Of a stretch of DNA of 64,000 bases, positions 40,686-55,318 are shown piece after piece. The stretch comes from Eledone cirrhosa. Its lineage: Eukaryota. Where the stretch lies: assembly GCA_964016885.1 (NCBI GenBank), contig OZ024741.1:305226001-305290000 (forward strand), given 5' to 3'. The notes beneath the pieces are model-generated. The model ran no database searches. It saw only the letters and a list, made by a program, of their open reading frames with translations, and was not told where the DNA came from. How positions within the stretch are numbered: position 1 is the first letter of the stretch; the number at the start of each line of letters is the position of its first letter. The position numbers and the translations under genes were made by a program.

Positions 40686-41555
40686 AAGGTTAGTAAATTT
40701 GAAGATATGGCGGTGGCCAAACCAACGAAGTAACAATTAGGTTTGCACAAAGCACTCAATAAGAATGTATCGATACATCGATAGGCTACACCTTAGAGTA
40801 AATAACATACATTAGAAAGCGTGACAAATTGAAAACTGTGGCTAGGGGGCATAGTCGCATAATACGCCAAAACAACGAAAATACAATCAGGTTAAATAAC
40901 AAACCTGGACCGTATCGAGGGGTATTATAGGGAGGTGAGTTGGCAGTATCGGACATGCTTTCCAGCATAGTTATGTCCCTTTACGATCTGAGTTCAAATC
41001 CCGCCGATGTTAACTTTGCCTTTCATCCTTACGGGGTCGATAAAATAAAGTACCAGTAATATACTGGAATAATTGCTGGCCTTGTGCCAAAAATAGAAAC
41101 AATTATGCAATATCTCCGTCAGGTTTCTATGAATCCATAATCAACAATCCTATTTGCGCAATATGCAAGTTTGTGGTATTTGAAAACCGAAACGCACACT
41201 CACGTTATCAACAGGTTTCTGTTCTGTGCCTAAATCCAGTGTGAAGCGTGGCAGTAAGCTGCTAGTAGTAGCAGGCACTGTTTCATTGTCATGTGCTTTT
41301 TTCCCCAACAAGGGAAATAATCTCCGCGTTTTTGGCAGGCAAATTCAAAGTGTGAACAAAAGAATTTATTCCGTTCAACAAACCGAATAAGAAGCTTTCA
41401 ACTAAAGTTATTAAACAAACATAAATAATTAATCAATCAATAGAATTATCTAATTAAATTAATTAATTATTAGATCTAGGAGATAGTAATACAAATGAAA
41501 GGTTAGTAAAATCGAAGTTATGGTGGTGGCCAAACCAACGAATTAACAGTTAGGT
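40686..41555. mobile_element. Unclassified non-coding element with ~58 bp terminal direct repeats, interrupted by a SINE
   Basis: AAGGTTAGTAAA..GGTGGCCAAACCAACGAA..TAGGTT at ~40688-40743 and ~41499-41555. (TA)n on both sides. Confidence 0.55.
40931..41102 (+). mobile_element. OK-like SINE
   Basis: A and B boxes plus central domain as in 24161-24345. Confidence 0.8.
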
Positions 41556-41574
41556 TATATATATATAGATCTTT

Positions 41575-42012
41575 GGTGCTACGCAGTAATACAGAAGACA
41601 TGCCTTCCCTACGTACAAAATTAACCTACAGTCAGTTGGCACCTCTTAACCAAATATACACCCCAACCCACTACCCCTACTCCATCCTCCCACTCTCACC
41701 AACACCACCCTTTCTCTGTAAAGTTATGTTGTACCACAACATCCAGTCCAAACTAAAGAGGTTGTGTAGGTGTCATGACAAAAAAGCACCCAGTCCACGC
41801 TGTAAAGTGGTTGTGTAGGAGACACAGTAAAAAGGCTCTCAATCCACACTGTAAATGTGGTTAGTGTTAGGAAGGGCATCCAGCTATAGAAATCCTGCCA
41901 GATACAGTCCTATATGAGCAAGATACGGTCACCCAATCAATCTTGCCTCAAATGGGACAATTCCTGTCTAACCCATGCTAGCGTGGAAGATAGACATTAA
42001 ACGATGATGATA
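41575..42012 (+). mobile_element. RTE LINE 3' end fragment
   Basis: Last codons, 3' UTR modules and GAT tail. Confidence 0.8.
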
Positions 42013-42243
42013 TAAAACAAATGCAGATGATAGAATAGATTTCTTAAACCATTTAGTACCTTACAAATGTTTCAATACCAATGATGTAACTAATACTTAT
42101 GCTATAACAATAAAGTAAATTAGAGGAATGAAATATATTGCTAAATATTGTTGATATGCTCTGTGTTATTATGTGCCACTCTTTTCTTCTTTTTTAAATA
42201 TATTTCTATTGCTAAATGTAAACTATATTTATGAAACCATATT

Positions 42244-42306
42244 TATTCTATTATATATATTTCAAGGGTACCAAAAAACTTTGGTACGCTTTCATCAGAT
42301 AAAATA
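42244..42306 (-). ncRNA. Type I hammerhead (family 4 variant), inverted-arm copy
   Basis: Mirror of 45350-45412. Confidence 0.75.
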
Positions 42307-42347
42307 CAAAGAGTGTTTTATAAATTTTGACATAGCCAAGGAAAAAC

Positions 42348-44333
42348 ATACAAAACATCAAATTCAAGAAAAACCAATTTGTAGGCCAGGAATACCTTAA
42401 AGGCCTCAAGAATAATATAGACAATCTTGAAAAAACTGAGAAGATCCTCGTAAAATCTGATAAAACTAACAATCTATACGGAATGCAAAAGGACGAATAT
42501 AATAACCTTATATTGAAGGAACTCAGAAAAAAATACAAAATAACAACTAATGAAGATCTTGCAACGTTAAATAGAGAAGCTTCCAAAATAATTCATAAAT
42601 TAGGCATCCAAAATAGGACTGAACCCTTTATACCTAGAAGACCGAAAATTAACCTGAAAGACCACAAAAGAAACTTTGAAATAGAACTACCAGTCAGACT
42701 TAGAGCACCATCTAAATCAGACTTAGGCATAATTAGTAAACATATATTAGATATAATCATACCGCAACTTAAAGAAAAATCACACCTAAAACTATGGAAC
42801 GGTACTAATGAGGTTATAGGTTGGTTCAATAACATAAAATTTAAACATAACAAAATATTCATTCAAATGGATATAGCAAATTACTACTCCTCCATTACTC
42901 CTAGTTTACTTAATAGGGTTCTCATCTATGCATCTAAACATACTAATTTATCTAGTGAAGAAATGCATATCATTTTAACTGCATGGAAAACTTTAATTGA
43001 ATTCAACAATCATCTCTGGACAAGAGCCGATAGAAAAAATAATTTTGATATCACCATGGGATCATCTGACTCGGCGCAAATAACGGATCTTGTGGGCTTA
43101 TTTATTAATAATACACTGCATAGAAAAATGCCAGAGATGACCGGTGGTTTATATCGTGATGATATGCTGCTTTTAATTGAAAATCATAGTAATTGTGAAA
43201 TTAATAGGAAAAGAAAACCCATAATACAATTCTTCAATAATTATAACCTTCAGTTAGAAATAGAGAATAACTATAAAATCGTTAACTTCTTAGACATAAC
43301 ATTAAACCTTAGCACAGGGCTCTATTATCCATTCCATAAAATTAATGAGAATCTAAATTACGTAAGTTTTAACTCTAATCATCCTAGATCTATTAAGAAC
43401 ACTATTGTCAATAGTGTCCAACAACGAATCTTATGCATCTCTGCTAATAAAAATATTTTTGATGATAAGGCTGAATATTATAATGAAGATAGAGCAGGGT
43501 ATATGAATAAAATTAAATACATTGACAACAATAATAAGGCAAATCACCCTACTATTAATTGTAATAATAATAAACAATTTAACTTAAACTCTAAAACAAA
43601 CAAAAGAACTAGAAATATTATTTGGTATTCACCCCCATTCTCATTAAGCGTTAAAACACCTTTAGCAAAGCTATTCTTTAAAGCACTAGACAAATGTTTT
43701 CCTAAAGCCCACAGATACCACTCAATCTTTAACAGACATACTATAAAACTATCCTACTCTACTACTATGAACATAGCTCAAATTATAAATAGAATTAATG
43801 ATAGAAACTTAAATTTAAACCCTAACCAAAATAACCATAATAGCAATAATAATATTTCTAGCAATATCCAACCTAATAGTACTGTTCCGAGCAACAACAA
43901 CTCCATAAAATGTAACTGTAGAATCAAATCAAACTGCCCTTTACAAAATAAGTGTTTAGATGAAAACGTAGTCTATAAATGCACAGTTAAAACTAGTGAA
44001 AATATATTTAACTATGTCGGTGCCACTTCTACAGAATTTAAAGTTCGCTGGAATAACCACAATCACTCTTTTAAAAGATCTGATAAAAAATCTTCTATTT
44101 CCCTTTCACACCTTATATGGAACTTAAAAAGCAAGAATATAGCCTATTCAATATCTTGGAAAACGATTTCGAAAGCACCTGCATACAGAAACACGGCTTT
44201 ATCAAGATTCTGTAAATTGTGTATTGAAGACATTTTTTTATATAATTAACTGTCAAAACTCTATTAATCTCAGAACAGAATTATTCAGTTCTTGTAGACA
44301 TCGTCAGAATTCGACATTCAGAACTATATATAA
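42348..44333 (+). pseudogene. PLE RT + GIY-YIG ORF, 5'-truncated, frameshift in the T-run at ~44233-44239
   Basis: ORF 42483-44249. Upstream in-frame IQNIKF..KSDKT. The shifted frame continues ..NLRTELFSSCRHR. Confidence 0.9.
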
Positions 44334-45349
44334 CTTATAATTATACTTATAATATTCCTATTAATCTCCAAAACAATCCTATCTGCTTTAACAATTTATT
44401 TTTAATATATTGATATCTCTAAATCATATCTCTAATATTTGTAGTACTTCCACTTTTTAAAAATTTCTTATAATATATACGTATATAATTCTAATTTTTA
44501 AATTTTAATTTTTAATTTTTTAATTTTTTATTTTTAATCTTAATTTTTTTATTTTTTATTTTTTATTTTTTATTTTTCAATTTTTTAAATTTCTTAATTC
44601 TTTATTAAGTACAATGACACCCTCTAAAGCTATTCTTTAAACATAGATTAATAACCATTAACTGATTCTAGCAAAATGTATCCTAAACATCCATATTTCT
44701 TTCGATTAAATAATTAAGTAATCTCACACTAACGATTAACAAATAAAATCGGAGTTATGTGTCCTTTTCAATCATATAAATATTATACTTAACTCCATTA
44801 ATTTAATTTAATTTTAAAACATTCTCAAAATAAATTACATATTTATTTACATAAAATACAAAATAAAATTCCCCCGTAACTCATATTAGAACAACCACCT
44901 AAAACATGAACTACCCATTTATTTATTTATTTATTTATGTATCTACTTAAAACACAAAATCAACATCCCTGTAAATTATCCTTTTAATAAAAATACATAT
45001 GCTATTAAAATATATATAGATATATATATTTAACCCACTACAATATAATAAGATAAATACTTTCATATATACATAGATAAATGTTTGAATATATTTCCCC
45101 CAAATTAACGTTATATGTGGTCTTCCTTTATTTTTCCTTTTCTTTTTTCCTTCTTCTTTCTCACTTATTATTATATATCTAAACTTTCCATAGCGTTTAA
45201 AATAATGGTTTTTCAATTATTTACATATTCATTTGCATATTCATCCATAAGTTTGAAAAATCCGTTCTATATTCTCACTACCCAGGGAATATTCAACTGA
45301 TAAGGTATGATTTTCCTTGGCTATGTCAAAATTTATAAAACACTCTTTG

Positions 45350-45412
45350 TATTTTATCTGATGAAAGCATACCAAAGTTTTTTGGTACCCTTGAAATATA
45401 TATAATAGAATA
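45350..45412 (+). ncRNA. Type I hammerhead (family 4 variant)
   Basis: UAUUUUAU-CUGAUGA-AAGCAUACCAAAG UU UUUUGGUACCCUU-GAAA-UAUAUA-UA/AUAGAAUA. Confidence 0.78.
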
Positions 45413-45654
45413 AATATGGTTTTATAAATATAGTTTCCATTTATTTAATATCATTATATATTTACTCCAGAAAACTGTCGAGTGCTCTGAATCAATTATA
45501 AACATTTATATTTGTTGGATTTCCAACAAATTAAATATCTCTTCTACTTTTATATATATATATGTATGTAAAAGGTAAACAGAAATAACAACACAATCGG
45601 TACAGTATATGGAAGGGATATATTAGGTTAACGCTTGATATAACAGGAAGAGGG

Positions 45655-45690
45655 TCTTAACGTTTCGGACGCTAGTCCTTTATCAGAAGA
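45655..45690 (-). ncRNA. Minimal hammerhead (family 8), core CUGAUAA (uncompensated G8A)
   Basis: UCUU-CUGAUAA-AGGAC UAGC GUCC-GAAA-CG-UU/AAGA. Palindrome AACGUU. Confidence 0.65.
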
Positions 45691-46554
45691 AAGAATGAGA
45701 AATAAGATAGATTGAGGGGACGGATAGATAAAAATAACAGGTCCATTCATGTTGACATCTCAGAGAGAGAGAGAAAGGCGTTGGAAAGGTCCTGGGGAGC
45801 ACAGGGGCCTAATGGGGTGGTGGGGGTCGGTGGAGATGATATAATATTATATTGAATATCAAATATATTATATATAAATATAGTAAAATAAAAAATATAT
45901 ACTTATTTATACATAGTATATATTATACATTATTTACAATTTGCAAATAGGCAGGTCTCTCTGAAAATAGGGGTGGGAGCATTGAGGGTATTACGTGGCT
46001 GTGAGGGGGATGGTGGGCAAAAAGGTTTGAGAACCTCTGCTTTAATATCTCTACCAATTTGCTATCTCTGTTTATTATACAGCAATTCCCTCTGATCATA
46101 TCTATTCTGTGGACTAGTGCCAGTTATACAACACAGATTGTTTGAATTATCAGCTTATAGGCCCACAACATTTACTCAATTCAGCTAGCTGTGACTGCAA
46201 TAGGGGAAGAAAGAACAATAGAGAGATGTAATAGCTACCAAGATACTTAATCCCTTTTCATCAGCATATTTATTGTTGTTGTTGAAGTTGTTATGAAAGT
46301 TGAAATATGGTGACCTGATTTACAAACTTTCAAATGTTTTCATTATTTAGTATATGTTTTTATATAAACATACTCTGTCAGACATGTCTATCTGTAGACG
46401 TTTCATTGGTTGAAGCATCCAATTTTGCCTGCTGAATATTTCAACAATCAATAGATTGTCAAATGTAGTGAAAATTCTTTTTCCTCTTTTCATTGGTCTC
46501 AAATGGTGAAATAAAGTATCAACTTCCCAAATGAAAATTTAAAAGTTCATAGTG

Positions 46555-47135
46555 CAGTGCTGATGCCAGGGTAATAATGCTGGTGCCACAATAAATGCAT
46601 TCTTGACGTTATGTAAAGAGGTTATGCTAGTGCCACAATAAAAGTACTCTTGACATTATGTAAAGTGGATATGCTGGTGACATAATAAATGTACCTAGTA
46701 CATTCTGTCTAGTCATAGAAACCATGCCAAACAAAGAGTTGAAAAGACTCTTCAGTTGTGACAAGGACGCGACAACCTTCCTAGTGCTGGTACCATCACA
46801 GAATGCACCCGGTACCTTCTGTAAAGTGGTTGGTGTTAGGAACGGTATCCAGCCAGAAATACCCTGTCAAACAAATGGTTGAGAGGACATCTCAGTTGTC
46901 TCAAGGGTACAACAATCTCTCTAGTGTTGGTGCCATGATAAAATGCACTGAGTATGTTCTGTGAAGTGGTAGGTATTAGGAAGGGCATCCAGCTGTCAAA
47001 ACTACGCCCAAATAAAATTGTATGTTCACAAGATGTGGCCTCCAACCTAACTGATTAAGTATTAATTTGGTCTGTGATAACCCATTGAACCCATGCTAAC
47101 ATGGAAAAACGAACATCAAATGATGATGATGATGG
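46555..47135 (+). mobile_element. Degenerate RTE-UTR-like modular repeat with GAT tail
   Basis: Repeated GCTGGTGCCAC..TGTAAAGTGG modules and GGAAGGGCATCCAGCTGT. Confidence 0.65.
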
Positions 47136-47400
47136 TGATATTCCATTATTGATAATGTGGAATTGTCTCATACACGCCCCTATTTACCTGGCAACAAAGA
47201 ATGGATATGATGTCTCAATGATGAAATAAATGAAAATGGTCAAGTAGTTTGTTAGATACTCTATGAAACCAAAATAGAGCAGTGGTTCTCAAGCTTATTT
47301 TGGCATAGAATCTTTATATGATTTTCCAAAAAATCATAGAACCTATACCTATATTTTATGGACAATCTCTGCACCCTACACACACATGCACACACGTGCA

Positions 47401-47832
47401 TGCGTGTGTTTAAGCCTTATGCATTTCTACAGTATTTTCACCAAACTTAAGACATAGGTTACTTATATACTCCAGATGGTCATGGGCACTTTCATTTTTC
47501 CAGATATTGATTATAGGGCCTCCCGGCAGATAACCCCCTTCAACCACTTCCTTGGAGTCGACTGAAGCACTGCAGTGCAATGCAACAAAACGTCATAACT
47601 TCTGGAGTTCGCAACCGATTTTCACAAAACTTGACACATGGGCTACGTTTGTTCTACAGATGAATGTGAATTGGCACATATTGAGTAGGGGACCCCTGGG
47701 GCAGGAACCCCCTTTGGGAAAAAGCCGATGATTTTGTAAAAGTATAGTTTTCGAAGCAGCACTGAAGTATTGACATAAATGGTATACATAACTGGTATTT
47801 AATACCCGAGCAACGCCGGGTAACTCTGCTAG
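47401..47832 (+). mobile_element. Non-autonomous Helitron 3' part
   Basis: Subterminal hairpin TACCCGAGCAACGCCGGGTA followed by CTGCTAG|T. 5' boundary uncertain. Confidence 0.7.
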
Positions 47833-47955
47833 TATATTATATATACATACACATATTATATTTTTTATTTATGTTCATATACGGAACATAAATAAATAAT
47901 ATAATAAATCACCTCTCTTTCCGATTCAGCACTGTTTTCTTCTTTACACCTATGG

Positions 47956-48012
<57 letters not shown>

Positions 48013-48060
48013 GGTATATTTTTGTCTATTATTTCCCCATATTTTGTAATTTTATATATG

Positions 48061-48117
<57 letters not shown>

Positions 48118-48122
<5 letters not shown>

Positions 48123-48387
48123 GCAGGCATTCTGGTACAGCAGTGAGGGCTGGATCAGCAAAGTGATAAATGTCAATCCAGGAGGTAGTAGAGGCTCAGG
48201 AAGACCAAAAAGAACTTGGATGGAGGATATCCATCAGTATCAAGCTGGGCTTGGCCTGGCCCAAGTGAGACGGGCGGACAGAACCACAAGGAGCGGGATG
48301 CTAAGGAGCATTGTCAGGCAGCACCCACCTCTACTTTGGGATTAATTGTGTCCTGCATAATCAAAAACTGGATGTGTGAAGATGATA
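48118..48387 (+). mobile_element. Divergent RTE-like 3' fragment
   Basis: ..GSRGSGRPKRTWMEDI.. and a short GAT tail. Confidence 0.55.
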
Positions 48388-48426
48388 TATATATATATAT
48401 ATATATATATACGTGATATATATATT

Positions 48427-49119
48427 AATATACGTGAACGGCAAAGCATAAACGAACTAAGGAAAAAATTAGAAATAAGAGGGATCAGATGTTGTTTACT
48501 CGAGAGAAGGCTACGTTGGTATGGTCACGTGATGCGCATGAAAGACGATAGCTGTATAACAAAGTGCAGGGCAATAAAGATAGACGGTAGCCACGGAATA
48601 GGCAGACCCAGAAAAACCTGGGACGAGCTGATAAATTCCGACCTCACACACTTACACCTCACCAAGACAATGTCACTGGACCGAGACCTTTGGCGGTACT
48701 CAGTAATAGAGAAGACCTGCCTTACCTAAATACAAAGTAAAACCTACTACAGTCAGTAGGCATCTCTAACAAAATACACCCCATCCCACCACACCACCCC
48801 ATCCACACCGCCCCTTTCAATGTAAAGTTATGTTGGTGCCACAACATCCAGGCTGAAACAAATGAGATCGTGTAGGTGTCACATCAAAAAAACACACAGT
48901 TCACGCTGTAATGTGGCCGTGTAGGCAACACGGTAAAAACCTCCCAGCCCCACACTGTAAATGTGGTTGTTGTTAGGAAGGGCATCCAGCTGTAGAAAAC
49001 CCGCCAGATAGTCCTATGCGAGCAAGATAATCACTCTTGACTCAAGTGGGAAACCCCCGTCCAAACCCATGCAAGCGTGGAACACAGACGTTAAACGTTG
49101 ATGATGATGATGATGATGA

Positions 49120-49120
<1 letters not shown>
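48427..49120 (+). mobile_element. 5'-truncated RTE LINE (same young subfamily as 1-840)
   Basis: ORF end at 48729, UTR and (GAT)n tail. Confidence 0.95.
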
Positions 49121-49171
<51 letters not shown>

Positions 49172-49173
<2 letters not shown>

Positions 49174-49938
49174 TCATCATCATCATCATCGTTTAAAGTC
49201 CATCTTCCATGCTGGCATGGGTAGGATGGGCTGATCTTTTGTGAGGGATCAGGTTAGAGGACTGTGATGTGCTCACACAGAACTGATTTGGCTTGGTTTC
49301 TATGGCTGGATGCCCTTCCTAACAGCAACCACATTTACAGTGTGTGTTGGATGCTTTTCGCCATGTTGCCTACACGATCACTTTACAGCATGGACTGGAT
49401 GCTTTTTGTTGTGTCACCTACACAACCACTTTACAGCTCGAACTGAGTACTAGCTTTTGTCATGACACCTAGATGACCACTATAGTGGACTGGGCTCTTT
49501 TGTTGTGGCTCCAGTGGAGCTCACTTTATAGAGGAGGTTGGGAACTTGGGAGGGGTGTGAAAGAGGCTTTGGGAAATTGGGGATGTAGGTAGAAGGGAGG
49601 CTTATGGGAGGAGAGATGGTAGGGAATGGTCTTGCCTCAGCTCAAGAATAATAGATTCCGGGTCTTCTGTCACACTTCATAGCGCCAGAGGCCACAGTCC
49701 TGTGTTATCGCCTTAGTGAGGTGTAATTGAGCATCCCAAGTCTTCCTAGGCATGCTTACTCCATGGGTACCATCAACTTTGAGTGCTCTGCACCTTTTTA
49801 TACAGCTGTCATCCTTCATACTCATCATGTGTCCATACCAACACAATCTCCTCTCCTGCACGCAACATCTGATCCTTCTTATGCCTAATTTTCGTGTAGT
49901 TCACTTATGCTTTTCTGTTCGCATATATTGCTGTTGCA
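49172..49938 (-). mobile_element. Degenerate RTE LINE 3' fragment
   Basis: ORF 49670-49861 (RRLCWYGHM), UTR modules and (ATC)n. Confidence 0.85.
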
Positions 49939-50060
49939 CATATATATGTCTATATATATATATATGTATGTCTATATATATATATATATGTATGTCTCTC
50001 TCTCTATATATATATATGTCTATATATATATATATATATATATATGTCTATATATATATG

Positions 50061-50155
<95 letters not shown>

Positions 50156-50349
50156 AGTTAATATGCCCATGGGTACTAAGTACCCCTGGAAATACATAGG
50201 TTGTCTATGAATATATATATATATATATATATACATATGTTTATATATATATGTCTATATATATAGACATATATATATATAGACATATGTATGTATATAT
50301 ATATATATATATACATATGTCTATATATATATATATGTCTATATATATG

Positions 50350-50467
<118 letters not shown>

Positions 50468-50470
50468 TAT

Positions 50471-51172
50471 ATAAGAGACGTAAGATAAGAAAATTATAAA
50501 ATTAACTTACTTACTAAAATATCACTTCCAACTAATTAGTTTCTGGAATGGAGTAAATACATCTTCCGAAGAAGGTGTAAAGAAACATCCTGTCATCAGG
50601 AAAGTCTATTCTCATATAAGTTTCCAGGCAAAGCGAGGACTCTGGAAGCTTATTAAAAATAAATCAGTGAATAGGAAATAGCAAAGCGTGGACTTACTTC
50701 CTAGCCATTGAGAAAATCACTGCCTCTGTGTCTGTGGCAAATTCAAAAAGAATCGAGCACGTGACATCGAGGTCAATCGGTGGAAAGTGGGTTGTTAATA
50801 AGACAGCGGCCAGCCTACTACCATAGTAGCAGTCATGGCCAGTATTGCTCGACAAATATTTTGGAGATAATAATAAAGAATTTATATCTAGTAACATATA
50901 TATACATACAAATGCATATCGATGCTAGCAAATATATAGGTTTTGTCTTAATAACATTGTGGTTCAATGCATGGGGTTGCAGAACAATAATATAAGAGAC
51001 GTAAGATAAGAAAATTATAAAATTAACTTACTTACTAAAATATCACTTCCAACTAATTAGTTTCTGGAATGGATGCATTGAACCACAATGTTATTAAGAC
51101 AAAACCTATATATTTGCTAGCATCGATATGCATTTGTATGTATATATATGTTACTAGATATAAATTCTTTAT
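50471..51172 (-). mobile_element. Family-6 HHR unit: ~521 bp monomer, ~80 bp wrap-around and ~100 bp inverted tail
   Basis: 50471-50552 is repeated at 50992-51073. 51073-51172 is the inverse of ~50872-50971. Confidence 0.8.
50524..50605 (-). ncRNA. Type I hammerhead (family 6, diverged)
   Basis: ACUUUC-CUGAUGA-CAGGAUG...CAUUCCA-GAAA-CUAAUUAG-UU/GGAAGU. Confidence 0.8.
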
Positions 51173-51276
51173 TATATATATATGTATATATATATGTATA
51201 TATATATATACATGTATGTATATATAATTAGATATAATTAGTAATAAAATGTATCATACCTAAACTACTCCTAAAT

Positions 51277-51366
51277 TCCTCGACTACGTAGTTTCGTGGC
51301 ATAAACAAAAACAATATATCATAAAGACATAGAGTCCTTGCGAGGTCTGCCGACTTATCAAGAGGA
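51277..51366 (-). ncRNA. Type I hammerhead, U3-A8 variant (family 9)
   Basis: Mirror of 51793-51882. Confidence 0.8.
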
Positions 51367-51792
51367 TACCTCATTTTACTAGTCTCAAGAACGCGTCTAC
51401 ACGACGTGAGAAAGAATCCCAAAAGGCGGAGGGGGAGATAGTCACGCGATATAACGGTCGAGAAACAGAGCTAAGCCTCTTATAACCCCGAAGAAAATAC
51501 CACGGAGGCGGAGGGGGTATTCATATCGAGGCCGCAGAAGAGGTGGTGAAGAAGGCGAGAAGCGTGGGGACAGCTGGAAGGCTTCCATTACTCATACTTC
51601 TCGCCTTCTTCACCACCTCTTCTGCGGCCTCGATATGAATACCCCCTCCGCCTCCGTGGTATTTTCTTCGGGGTTATAAGAGGCTTAGCTCTGTTTCTCG
51701 ACCGTTATATCGCGTGACTATCTCCCCCTCCGCCTTTTGGGATTCTTTCTCACGTCGTGTAGACGCGTTCTTGAGACTAGTAAAATGAGGTA

Positions 51793-51882
51793 TCCTCTTG
51801 ATAAGTCGGCAGACCTCGCAAGGACTCTATGTCTTTATGATATATTGTTTTTGTTTATGCCACGAAACTACGTAGTCGAGGA
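51793..51882 (+). ncRNA. Type I hammerhead, U3-A8 variant (family 9)
   Basis: UCCUC-UUGAUAA-GUCGGCA..~45 nt..UGCCAC-GAAA-CUACGUAG-UC/GAGGA. Palindrome ACUACGUAGU. Confidence 0.82.
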
Positions 51883-52112
51883 ATTTAGGAGTAGTTTAGG
51901 TATGATACATTTTATTACTAATTATATCTAAATGTTTCTTCTCTCTTCATAATGTATTTTTAACTCTGATACTGGTTCAGTCTAGTTCAACTGAATTGGT
52001 CTGTCCCAGTCATTCATTGAGCAACATCGGTGAAGTTGGCACCCTTAACTCACAGTTGGGTGCGGATGCATTCATGTATATATGTGTGTGTCCGCATGTA
52101 TCTGTGTGTTTC

Positions 52113-52257
<145 letters not shown>

Positions 52258-52370
52258 GTATATATATGTATATATGTATATGTATATATATATGTATATA
52301 TATATATATGTATATATATATGTATATATATATGTATGCATATATATATGTATATATATATATATATATA

Positions 52371-53053
<683 letters not shown>

Positions 53054-53082
53054 GTATGTATATATATATGTATGTATGTATG

Positions 53083-53119
<37 letters not shown>

Positions 53120-53173
53120 GTGAGAAAGTAAGAAGTCAGAGAATAGACCGTTAAAAGATGTTTATTTAAAACA

Positions 53174-53213
53174 GCATCTACGTACGTTTCGCCCAGTTGG
53201 GCTTCTCAAGGGC
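53174..53213 (-). ncRNA. Minimal hammerhead, U3-A8 variant (family 10), weak helix I
   Basis: UUGAGAA-GCCC AACU GGGC-GAAA-CGUACG-UA. Palindrome ACGUACGU. Confidence 0.7.
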
Positions 53214-53263
53214 ATAAATAATCAAAAGTATTCCTTACATTGCTCGGAAAGAGTTTCTGAGGT

Positions 53264-53363
53264 TAAATCCACGTCAAGGTTTATTGCTCGCAAAAATAGC
53301 TTGTTTTGATTTTGCAGCAAAATCAAAACAACCTATTTTTGCGAGCAATGAACCTTGACGTGG

Positions 53364-53369
<6 letters not shown>
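53264..53369. repeat. ~52 bp-arm hairpin with essentially no spacer at the 5' end of the family-10 element
   Basis: AAATCCACGTCAAGG..GATTTTGC A GCAAAATC..CCTTGACGTGGATTT. Confidence 0.9.
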
Positions 53370-53424
<55 letters not shown>

Positions 53425-53430
<6 letters not shown>

Positions 53431-53770
53431 CATCATCATCATCATCATTTTACGTCCGCTTTTCCCTGCTTGCAAGGGTGGGACGGGAACTGATTCTGGC
53501 TTGATTTCTACAGCTGGATGCCCTTCCTAACACCAACCTCATTTACAGTGAGTGCTGGGTGCTTTTTTTGCCGTGGCACCTCCACGACCACTTTGCAGTG
53601 GAATGATAGGGACCCCAGTCCCTATCATCTCATTTCTACAGCTGAGTAAACTGGAGCAATGTGAAATAAAGTGTCTTGCTCAAGGAAACAACACATCACC
53701 TGGTCTGAGAATTGAACTCACAACCTTTCGATTGCAAGGCCAATGCTCTAACCACTAAGCCATGTGCCTC

Positions 53771-53771
<1 letters not shown>
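53425..53771 (-). mobile_element. OR-like SINE with RTE-derived tail
   Basis: Reverse complement of 28650-28986. Confidence 0.87.
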
Positions 53772-53825
<54 letters not shown>

Positions 53826-53922
53826 GTATATATATATATGTATATATATATGTATATATATATATATGTATATATATATGTATATATATATGTATATATA
53901 TATATATATATATAAGTATATA

Positions 53923-53965
<43 letters not shown>

Positions 53966-54005
53966 GTATGCATATATATATGTATATATATATATATATA
54001 TATAT

Positions 54006-55303
<1,298 letters not shown>

Positions 55304-55318
55304 TAGATATATATATAT

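Larger units (their letters stand above)
42218..45550 (+). mobile_element. Naiad-type PLE with short inverted 5' arm
   Basis: ~42218-42344 is inverted relative to ~45311-45437. Long RT+EN ORF and terminal HHR. Confidence 0.93.
51228..52075 (+). mobile_element. Fold-back non-coding HHR element (arms 51228-51572 / 51597-51932)
   Basis: ~340 bp near-perfect inverted repeat with a ~25 bp spacer. (TA)n flanks. Confidence 0.85.

Noticed and set aside
4600-44333. Selenocysteine recoding, reported for some Naiad PLEs
   Set aside because: No in-frame TGA at conserved Cys positions was seen. The stop at 4616-4618 is TAA at a Lys-equivalent position, and the other breaks are homopolymer frameshifts.
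51228-51931. Identical 64 aa ORFs on opposite strands (also 11129-11501 / 14236-14608 and 58536-58841)
   Set aside because: By-products of inverted repeats with no recognisable protein features.
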